Shown: positions 20,827 through 29,547 of the stretch, piece by piece
Position numbering within the stretch: the stretch's first letter is position 1
Layout of the letters: each line of letters begins with the position of its first letter
Origin: Andalucia godoyi And28
Lineage: Eukaryota > Protista > Jakobida
DNA length: 64,000 nucleotides
NCBI GenBank assembly: GCA_009859145.1
Contig: VRVR01000065.1
Coordinates: 13,253-77,252 of the forward strand
Direction of reading: 5' to 3'
Notes under the pieces: model-generated
The model's database searches: none
What the model was told of the DNA's origin: nothing
Seen by the model: only the letters and a program-made list of their open reading frames with translations
Position numbers and translations under genes: made by a program

Positions 20827-21858
20827 ATGGCTCCAAAGTATTACATCAAGGCGATGCACAATAGCGTCACGCTAAAACTCGAACCACAGAAAATTGAAGT
20901 ATACGATCAAAGAGACAGCCTGATGCTTACCTCGTCAGAATTCGATGCAATGTTGTCTCGTGTATTGGAAGAGAAGTCGAAGATAGTGTCCATTCCCTCG
21001 GCTTCTGAATCCGCTGACAGTGAAGAGGAAACAATATCGTCCGAAGGGCAGAAAACAGATACATCGGAACACCGCGCGCAGCAGCTTTTCGACGCAATTC
21101 AGGAACAAGGAAGAATGAAGTCGAATTCTACAAAAGCGGAATGCGTCTCTCAAGAAGATCTGGCCCAAATGGTAGAAAATGGGGAAAACATACATGTGAT
21201 ATCTTCGAAGTTCATAGCGATCGTCACTCGTTCCGAATACGCGTCAGCACTCACCTACGCGATATTCGCGGTCGGCGTAAGGAATATTTTGGTTCAAGAA
21301 GAGAGAGGCGAAGATGACGAACAGGAAGAAGATGAGTGTATGCAGGGACATGCTGATGGGAAACGTCCGAAAAGGGGTTTCATGCAAAGGCTTGCAACAC
21401 GCATGGCTGAATACGCCGCACATTCAAAGAAGGAAACAGCGAAGGAATGGAGGCAAAGAATCCAACCGCGCCGACTGAACAGCTACCTATGGCTGGGAAA
21501 GTTATACATGGAATTTGAGGATTTTCGCTGCCTTCGCTGCCTACCTGGTTCCCGCATATCCGACTACGTGCAGGTTGGAGTGCTGCAAAAATTGTATGCA
21601 AAACTTCAAAACTGCAGTGCTGCAGAGGTTAATAAGCAAACCATGCTGCTCGATTCCGACAAAGTTTCAGAAACGTCTTCAGATGAAGCACAGGACTGCC
21701 TGCCGAAGGAACGCAATCCTGGAAACAATAGATGGCCTCTAGTAGACAGAGCCATAACAGGACGTCCTTTTAAGAAAAGACGACGGAACAAGATCAAGCA
21801 TATGAAGGTGAAACAATACCTGAAACATTTCGCAACCGCCAAGCCAAAAACCGACTAG
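20827..21858 (+). CDS. Hypothetical charged, probably nuclear protein; N-terminus weakly PC4/ssDNA-binding-like
   Basis: ORF of about 343 aa, divergent from gene B, with the basic NLS-like KKRRRNK. DSLMLTSSEFDAML is weakly like the PC4 GISLxxEQW motif. Confidence 0.55.
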   Translation: MAPKYYIKAMHNSVTLKLEPQKIEVYDQRDSLMLTSSEFDAMLSRVLEEKSKIVSIPSASESADSEEETISSEGQKTDTSEHRAQQLFDAIQEQGRMKSNSTKAECVSQEDLAQMVENGENIHVISSKFIAIVTRSEYASALTYAIFAVGVRNILVQEERGEDDEQEEDECMQGHADGKRPKRGFMQRLATRMAEYAAHSKKETAKEWRQRIQPRRLNSYLWLGKLYMEFEDFRCLRCLPGSRISDYVQVGVLQKLYAKLQNCSAAEVNKQTMLLDSDKVSETSSDEAQDCLPKERNPGNNRWPLVDRAITGRPFKKRRRNKIKHMKVKQYLKHFATAKPKTD

Positions 21859-22027
21859 TCAATAAAACACCGCTTCAGCAAAATGGCGCAAAACAACTCA
21901 AGTGACGGATGATTCCACTTGAGTGCGTAACAGCGATGCTCACATTTCTCCCAAAACCGCGCGTCCGCGTTCTGAAGACCCCAGACAAATGGAGCCCGGA
22001 TGAATGAGTTGTCTTTGAAGCACGGCC

Positions 22028-23887
22028 ATGTACTTGGAGGAGTGGGACAGAAACATTCTTGAGACCTTGAAAGATGAACACTCTGGATGGAAATGTAAGA
22101 GCTCGCTCGTAGAAATTGTTGCCATCACAGCAGTGTCGATGCCAGAAGTCCCGCATGCTGTGACTCTTGGTAGATTGGAAGAGCTGCGCACGTTTTATAC
22201 CCCTTTGGAAGAAGATGACTGGTTTGTTCTGCTTGTAGACGAAATCAAGCATCGACTCATGGCTAAAGAGTCTCTTGGAGATGACTTTTTCTTGTCGTTG
22301 CGCTGTGCTCGTCGAATTTCTCATGTTTGGAAGCAAGAAATCGATGTTTCTAGGTTGCGAGGACCTCAAAGCGAAGCCGTCTTTGCTGTGCATCAGCATT
22401 TTCAAACAGATGGTTTCCAAGCAAAGAGTATGCAGAGGTTATTCATTTTGCGCTACGTAATGCAATGCCTGGTTTGTCGCGGTACGCTGAACGGCTCCTC
22501 TCTTACATCGTTGAATCACAAGATCGAAAGTTTCGCACGCAGTAATACTCCTGCACTTGTGCAGCTTCCTGTGGGAATGGGGAAAACGGGAATCGCGATG
22601 ACACTTCCGTTCGGAATGTCCACGGGCCGTGTACTCTTTTTGGCTCCTAACACTGAAATTGCAAAGGAAGCTGTCAGAAATGCATGCGTTCAGTCCAGTA
22701 AGTGTTTTATTAAAAATCGCGGTATCCTCTGCGACGGAAGTACATTTCCGCGCGTGGGATTGATTGTTGGACGGTCGCTTGGCGTGGATGGAAGGGCGGA
22801 ATGGGAATCTCTTGGAGTTGTTGTTGCAGATGAGCATTCGTTGTCTACATTGAACGACTGTGCGTTTGTTGTGACAACTCGCTTTTTGATGCATGCAGAT
22901 GGTGCAATTATGAGGCGGCTGCCCTCCAACTTCTTCGATTTGGTCATCGTAGATGAAGCCCATCACAGTGCATGCAAAACGTACCGTCGCATTCGGTCCA
23001 AATTTCCAGGTGCTCGGTATGTCTATGCAACAGCAACACCAAATAGAGCAGACGGCCGGAAGATGGACGCACGATGTGTGTACTTTTGCCCGCGATCGCG
23101 AGCATGGGAAGTGGGTGCATGGAAACGAATCATCGTCGACAGTGTCAACCTGACGCGTCTTGTGTTTCCTTCTATGGTGCCGGACGGTGACGTTGTCGAA
23201 TTCTCTTCTTCTAGGAACATTCAAAAAGCAGGCCACATTCGATGGGTTCGAAGAGGTATTGCAAGGTCATCGGTTGCCGTCCACCAGATTCTTGGTCGAG
23301 TACTGAAACTTCTCGAGGAAAAGAATCGGCCGGAATCCACTGTTCATCATCAAGCGATTTTGCAAGCTGTGGATTTATCTCACGCGATTCTTCTGGAAAA
23401 GATGTTCAATGACCACTCTTTGAACACACGAGGCTTTCGAGCCATCGCAATTGGCTCGACCAATCCTAGTGAAAGTGATCTCCTACAAACGCACTGTGAG
23501 AAACGATTGAAGGCATTCAAGCGAGGTAGATATGACGCAATCGTCCATGTTGGAATACTTGGAGAAGGGTTTGACCATTGCAATCTGTCGATTTGTGGAA
23601 TCATCCACCCGTTTTCTACCTCTGCCCCTTTAGAACAGCTTATTGGAAGAGTGATTCGAACGTTTCCTCCAGATACTCCAGGTTTGGATCCGAGTGTTGA
23701 CAACGTCGCACATGTTGTGACTCATGCTGCATTTGGATTAGAGGCCATGATCCGAGGATTTGCGACGGATAGTACTGTTCGCACCCAGTTTCGTGGCCGG
23801 AGAAGATGGAATGCAGATGGAACAGAGGTTACTCCGGTCCTCGAAGAAGGATATGGATTGACATCTTTTTCTTTGGAGCTTCAGTAA
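22028..23887 (+). CDS. Superfamily 2 helicase, ResIII/SSL2-like
   Basis: LRGPQSEA (Q motif), LPVGMGKT, VLFLAPN, VIVDEAHH, TATPNRAD, GILGEGFD and EQLIGRVIR. Intronless, 619 aa. Confidence 0.92.
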   Translation: MYLEEWDRNILETLKDEHSGWKCKSSLVEIVAITAVSMPEVPHAVTLGRLEELRTFYTPLEEDDWFVLLVDEIKHRLMAKESLGDDFFLSLRCARRISHVWKQEIDVSRLRGPQSEAVFAVHQHFQTDGFQAKSMQRLFILRYVMQCLVCRGTLNGSSLTSLNHKIESFARSNTPALVQLPVGMGKTGIAMTLPFGMSTGRVLFLAPNTEIAKEAVRNACVQSSKCFIKNRGILCDGSTFPRVGLIVGRSLGVDGRAEWESLGVVVADEHSLSTLNDCAFVVTTRFLMHADGAIMRRLPSNFFDLVIVDEAHHSACKTYRRIRSKFPGARYVYATATPNRADGRKMDARCVYFCPRSRAWEVGAWKRIIVDSVNLTRLVFPSMVPDGDVVEFSSSRNIQKAGHIRWVRRGIARSSVAVHQILGRVLKLLEEKNRPESTVHHQAILQAVDLSHAILLEKMFNDHSLNTRGFRAIAIGSTNPSESDLLQTHCEKRLKAFKRGRYDAIVHVGILGEGFDHCNLSICGIIHPFSTSAPLEQLIGRVIRTFPPDTPGLDPSVDNVAHVVTHAAFGLEAMIRGFATDSTVRTQFRGRRRWNADGTEVTPVLEEGYGLTSFSLELQ

Positions 23888-24153
23888 AATGGATTTGGTG
23901 GTAGTAAGCCTACCAGCCGTAGTGAAAGCACCTGCAGAAAGTTCGCACGAATCACTGCGCCCCAGATTTCTTCACAAGCTGCTGCCCAATCCGTGCACTG
24001 CGGGAAACCAAAACGTTTCGCGCGTCACCGGCCTTTCACTTTTTATTAACTTTTGTTCACTGTTTTCTTCTGTTTTTCGTTTTTCGTGTTTTTTTTTTTT
24101 TAAAGATTCAACCGATCTATTTTCTTTGTCTTAACCCTTTAATCTGACAAAGA

Positions 24154-25224
24154 ATGTCGAATCTGAATTCATCTCCCTCCTCGTTTGCCGATTGGGAATT
24201 TGACTTGACTGCCGATTTGGCAAGATCTTCTGCAGATGCAGTTCATTATTCTCCATGGACTGACGCTGTAGAAGCGTTCCAATCGTCTCCTCCGCAGATA
24301 GTCCCGCCCGGCGATTCAGTCGACTTCTTCGCTGAATCGTTGAACCTTGTTACATCACCAGCTTCGACAGAGCATTCCACCACGCAGGACAGCGTCGTTT
24401 CGGACCTTTCGACTGGTGACGAAGTCTCTCTCCACAGAACTCCTGTTGCGGACTCCATGGACATTCCAACCGGTACGCAGGATACCCCCATTTCGAACTC
24501 GTCGACTGATGCTGCCGTTGATGACGAACCTCCCCAAGTCACTCCTATCGGAAGTCGCATTAGGGGCTCCGTGGGTACTGCCCCCCACTGGCTGTCCGTC
24601 GAAAATGGTGCTTGCTGGATTGAAGTGCGCTGGCTTCACGATTCTCCTTCTCGAGGCGGCAATTTCGACGTCACGGACGACGGTCTTCCCGAGGGCACGC
24701 GTGGCGTCCGTGAAGTCATGAAGGGAAAGCATGGCAGAGTTTCTGTGTCTGTAGTCTTCTTAGGGGGAGTGTCTACCGATGTATCGGTTTCTTTCTTTTT
24801 TGAAGACACGACTGGGACCGAACGCATGCCATTCAAGACGTCCGAAGGGATGCAGCAACGTGCACGCTTCAATCTTCGATCGGAGTCGAGATTTGGAACT
24901 CACGGGGATCAAGCTGGTGCATATGGAACTCAAGAATTCTGTTTCCAGAAAACAACGGTTCGCAAACGACTTCAATTCCGATTGCATGTCCAGGTATCTG
25001 TTGGCGATTCCACATTGGTTGCGACGAGCTGCCCGTTCAGAGTGCTCTCGCGTGCTCATCGTGGAGCTGCAGCTGCAGATCAGGCAGTTTTCTGCCACAA
25101 GGCTTTTTCTTGCATCATCGATGCACTTTCTTTCTACATGTACGTTGTTACTCTTCACATCAGATTCGTGTTGATGAGTAGCCGGGGTGTTCGACAATCA
25201 CCGGCGTTTTGTACATGTTGTTAG
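24154..25224 (+). CDS. Putative transcription factor: Ser/Asp-rich disordered N-terminus + p53-like/CudA-type Ig-fold DNA-binding domain
   Basis: A beta-rich C-terminal domain ends QFRLHVQV...ATSCPFRVLSR. The 3' end may be spliced (pyrimidine-rich tract at about 25084-25163 ending CAG). Confidence 0.5.
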   Translation: MSNLNSSPSSFADWEFDLTADLARSSADAVHYSPWTDAVEAFQSSPPQIVPPGDSVDFFAESLNLVTSPASTEHSTTQDSVVSDLSTGDEVSLHRTPVADSMDIPTGTQDTPISNSSTDAAVDDEPPQVTPIGSRIRGSVGTAPHWLSVENGACWIEVRWLHDSPSRGGNFDVTDDGLPEGTRGVREVMKGKHGRVSVSVVFLGGVSTDVSVSFFFEDTTGTERMPFKTSEGMQQRARFNLRSESRFGTHGDQAGAYGTQEFCFQKTTVRKRLQFRLHVQVSVGDSTLVATSCPFRVLSRAHRGAAAADQAVFCHKAFSCIIDALSFYMYVVTLHIRFVLMSSRGVRQSPAFCTCC

Positions 25225-26263
25225 AGAATATAAATTACATAGATTCTATTCACTTTTTCTCTTTCTTGTTTCTTTCATTTTCAACATACGTACTGGAAAG
25301 CATACCAGTAGTTGCGCGGACAAAAAAGCAAAATAATTCGTCTGCGTATACACTGAGAAGATCGTCAAGACTTCATTCTTAGTATGAGAATGTGGCATGT
25401 ATGCGAGTAAACGAACTGGTGCTCTTGTGTCAGAAGCAGATATTATGTTTTTCGGCCATGAGTGAACATGTAGAGATTTATAATATAACACACGAGGATT
25501 TATGGTACTGGTAGATACGAGGAATCCATTGTTTTTTTGGCCAGCATTCACCAATTGGAATCGGTACTCATATCGACGATTCATTCTGAAACAGCTTCAC
25601 GCCGTGTCATCACAAGAAGCGATTTGCAAATTATTTACAAGGATCATCAAACGATATCAAATTTCCAAGTGAGGACTGGATCTGCCACCAATGGCCAGTC
25701 CAAAGGGAAACATGAATGAGAACTATAACATATTGCAGAAAACTTGAAAGAAGGATCAGTTGAGAAACAGAAGGACAAAAAATTGAATGTTTCCATCCAT
25801 TTCGTAGCACACGTACCGAATGGCTGAATTTCACAGATTTAACGATCGTATGCTCAACCGATATTCAGTTGATTGTTTCATCGAGCTTCGTTAGATTATG
25901 CTACAAAGAGAAATATGAAGATGCTCATCTCTTCAAAGACACAGACATCGGGTTGCGACACCGCGATCTGAGGGCACTTTCAGAAAATGCATTACAGCGG
26001 ATTCGGATCGTATGTTACCCCCTCCCCTTCCCTCCCTCGCCCCCTGGACACGGACAAAATTTATTATGGTAATCCTACTAGTGCAGCATTGGTGTAATCA
26101 CGGACAGTGCTTTTAAGATATCTGTTGACTTGCAGTTCTAGAACCCCCTCCCCTGCTGTAGGTCGGACACATCCGAAACTACAGTGAGTTATTTTCTGAA
26201 AGTGTTTTTGAGGTCCGTGGGAGATGCGATGAATTCGACGTCGACACCTGTAGACAGAAAGAA

Positions 26264-26282
26264 CGGTACCCCAGGGGTACCG
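26264..26282. other. 19-bp palindrome CGGTACCCC-A-GGGGTACCG
   Basis: Read directly from the sequence; perfect 9-bp arms around one A. Confidence 0.85.
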
Positions 26283-27429
26283 ATCCGCAGTTTCGCAGTC
26301 TTCGAAAAACAAAAGAACACGTGCCTTAGCGATGTGAATTTACTCTGAAACCCATCTGTACAAACCGTTTCAAGAAACTTCTCAACACCTTTCCGTCAAG
26401 AATAATTAACATTGCTGCGATGAAACGTTTTCATTTTCCAAATTATCACGATTTCACGTTGACTGTTCTTTCAAAATGATTCTGGAATAGTGCTGGTTAA
26501 ATCGATTCAAATTTGCACCTTGGTAAGCAGCAGTATAAGGCGTGCCACAGTGGTTCGAGATTGCAATGTTGCCGTCCGGTGCTTTTTGGATACTACCCGC
26601 CGAGCATTTGTCTTCCCCTGTTTTGGCTTTTGAATTTTGAAATTTTGAAATTTTGAAATTCTAATCTTCATCATTGGTCTCCAATGCTGGTTCTGGGTAC
26701 CGGGGTTTGCAATTTGGCGCTCGACAATCGATTTGGCTTTTCGATGCCGGCTTCCGGTGGCTCTGTGTCGCGCAGCATAAGGCGACCGACAGTGGTCTTG
26801 GGATTTCCGATGGTGGTGTCCGGTGCGTCCGGTGCTTCTGTGGCATCCCACCGCATAAAGCATCCAAAGTCGAATACTGGGGTTCAGAAGACTATTTGAA
26901 TGGTATAATGGCGAAGCAACCACAATCAGTGTGATCATTCCGAACATGGTCTCCAAATGAGACTAGTGGATACCAATTAGATGGATTTTTTAATCAAGTC
27001 AACGGAATCGTGCATTTAGCTGTGAATCAGTGTACTGAAAGATGTTTTACGATTTTCTCCAACGCGAGAATTGAACAGAGGCATTTATTAAACCAAACTG
27101 AGAATTCTTGGAAGTGCGGTATCTTGACGGCAATAGGCTGTTTTGAAGAATCTGCAATCACAGGAAAGTTCCCTTGGTGAACTTTGCAATGGATTCGTCA
27201 TGATGAATCGCAATGTTGTCGAATCAAACACTCGTCTGGAAGCCTAGCTCATCCAGATTCTTCACAGAGCAGAGGAAAAGTAAACTGTATCATACCACAG
27301 TCTTATTCAGAAGCAGAACTGATGTTTATCCATATTTTACTGATATTTTGATCTTTCACACGTCTGAAGGAATGCGTAGCGAATTGGGAAGTTTTTAGAC
27401 GGAATTTTATATATTGAACAAAACAGAAT

Positions 27430-27699
27430 ATGTCCATTGAACTTGCGTTACTGATCCTTCTGACGTTCGTGCTCGTCGGCGGATGTCTGCCATATATCTT
27501 GCGCGCTGCAGCGTGTGGCATCGACAAACTCTGGGCTGTGTTTCAGTCGAGCAAAACCAATCAACCATCGATCCAACAAATCCCCAAAGATACGATCACG
27601 TCGGGATCGTCAACAACTGTGCAGTCAGCAAAAGATGCAAGTACGGAAGACCAATCTCCATCACAGAAAGACAGCGTCCTAGACACATTCACTGGATAA
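27430..27699 (+). CDS. Small single-pass membrane or secreted protein
   Basis: 89 aa with an N-terminal hydrophobic helix (IELALLILLTFVLVGGCLPYIL) and a Ser/Thr/Gln-rich tail, followed by an AT-rich 3' region. Confidence 0.55.
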   Translation: MSIELALLILLTFVLVGGCLPYILRAAACGIDKLWAVFQSSKTNQPSIQQIPKDTITSGSSTTVQSAKDASTEDQSPSQKDSVLDTFTG

Positions 27700-28356
27700 A
27701 CACACGAAGCGCTTATCCTATCGGCAGTAATTTACAGAAGTAATACAAATTTGTTTTGCGCGATGACAGTCTCTTTCCTTGACGTAAAATTCTTTATTTC
27801 TGCAACATTGTAGCTTTTTCTGCTATTCGCAGCTGTCCTTTTTCATGATCTTGCAGTATTTGTTTTTTCTCAAAGGATTTGCAATTTTCCGATACCGACA
27901 TGATGTAATGCTTTTGCAGAAATGTGAATCAAAGCACTACGTTGAAAACGGAAGGCCGTATGAAAAATGATGGTAAACTCGAAAAGCCGTGCAAAGTGCC
28001 GAGGTCGTGTGGCACAAATTTTGGGGCGAAACTCTTTGCGAAATGGCCCAATGGTATGTTGCTTGTAAACAATGGAATCATGCTGTCCGTTGTGTACCTC
28101 AGTTTTTTGCTTGTTCATTCGAAACTTGTTTCATCGACAAGGCACTCAATACCATGCTAATGATTTGCACACTTGCTAGTCCAAAGACTATACGAGCCGG
28201 CTGACTAACTGCTTTTGCTTTCACGTTTCTTTCTTGTTAACAGGATTTCTTCGAGAAACTCCATTGAACCGTTCTAACAAAGCATGTCGTGGGTCGGCTC
28301 CTTGTTACGTTGTCAAACTAATTTCAGAAACCTCACAGCAGTCTGGAGCACATGGT

Positions 28357-28566
28357 CCCTTTCTTCGGCTGTGCAGGGTCTGTGCACGTCTGCTTTTACA
28401 TACTACCATATATAGTAATATTATATTCTTATCTTAATAAGTATTGAAAGACTCTCTTCGCGCGGAGAAATAGAGAAATAGAGAAAGATAAAGAATAAAA
28501 AGCAATTTAAAAAAGGAAATGTCGTATGAGCAAATATGCACAGACCCTGCACAGCCGAAGAAAGGG
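28357..28566. repeat. AT-rich imperfect hairpin, copy 1 (perfect 30-bp outer stem)
   Basis: CCCTTTCTTCGGCTGTGCAGGGTCTGTGCA (28357-28386) and its exact reverse complement (28537-28566) flank a partly self-complementary core centred on CGCG. Confidence 0.92.
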
Positions 28567-28907
28567 GTAGCTGACTGAAGGAGAGAGAAAAGTTCTCAAC
28601 AAGACATCAGGACATAATCATCACAACACCAGAGTATATGCAAATTGCAGTACGACAGGGAACGACCTAGAACAAGGTGTAGAACGCCAGAAAGCCTGAA
28701 ACTCAGACCCTCATGAGAAGACGAGATTCTACCATTTTTGTGAGGAAATCTCTTACACAATTGAGCTGCCTGAGTGTACCCCGTCATGGAATGCCATCCT
28801 CAGTTACCAAGGACATTCTTTATTTCACGACAATAGCCGAAGATTTTAGGAACTTTATTTTTAAGGTGTCACATCCCGAACACCATGTTGAAAGACAAAG
28901 TTTAGCT

Positions 28908-29156
28908 AAGGCCTTCACAGGTCGTCTTGCTTTTCTTGCCTTGTGCAGGTCTGTGCGTGTTTGCTTGTACAACATTTCCTTTTTTAAATTACTTTTATTC
29001 TTTATATTTCTATATTTCTCTATTTCTCCGCGCGAAGAGAGTCTTCCAATACTTATTAAGATAAGTATATAAGATTACTATATATGGTAGTATGTAAAAG
29101 CAAACGTGCACAGACCTGCACAAGGCAAGAAAAGCAAGACGACTTGTGAAGGCCTT
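28908..29156. repeat. AT-rich imperfect hairpin, copy 2, inverted relative to copy 1 (48/49-bp outer stem)
   Basis: Arms 28908-28956 and 29108-29156 pair at 48 of 49 positions. The core is the reverse complement of the copy-1 core, with about 13 differences over about 160 nt by manual alignment. Confidence 0.92.
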
Positions 29157-29547
29157 GGTCCAAACCTGGGAAGCAAAGACTTGTGAAAGATAGCATGTTT
29201 TTCAAAAACCTGTGAAAGACGATTAACGTCAAGGAACACAACGAAACAGTGACAACACAGAGAAACCATACCTTTCTTCCTCTTTCAACTTAACAACTGC
29301 ATGCAGGAAAGAAGAAAGATTGCATTATGAAAGACGGCAGGCTGGTGCACACAGCTACCTGGGCGGATACATGAAGAGGTTTACAAGTTTCGTACGTACA
29401 AGAGATGCGGGATGACAGAGGTATTTCTGGGGGAAATTTCGAGATGCTCGTGGAGCGTTCGAGCTTTTTGATTAGAGTATCGTTTACATCGTTGGGGTTT
29501 ACATCTTGGGCTAAGCTACATGAGCGTTGGACATAGATAGTTCATAT

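Noticed and set aside
26630-26660. TTTTGAAA x3-4 tandem repeat as telomeric sequence
   Set aside because: There are too few units, it is internal, and it does not match a known telomere motif.
28357-29156. Ordinary MITE pair
   Set aside because: No target-site duplication was found and the arms co-vary within each copy. It is not fully excluded, so it is kept as the main alternative in the finding.
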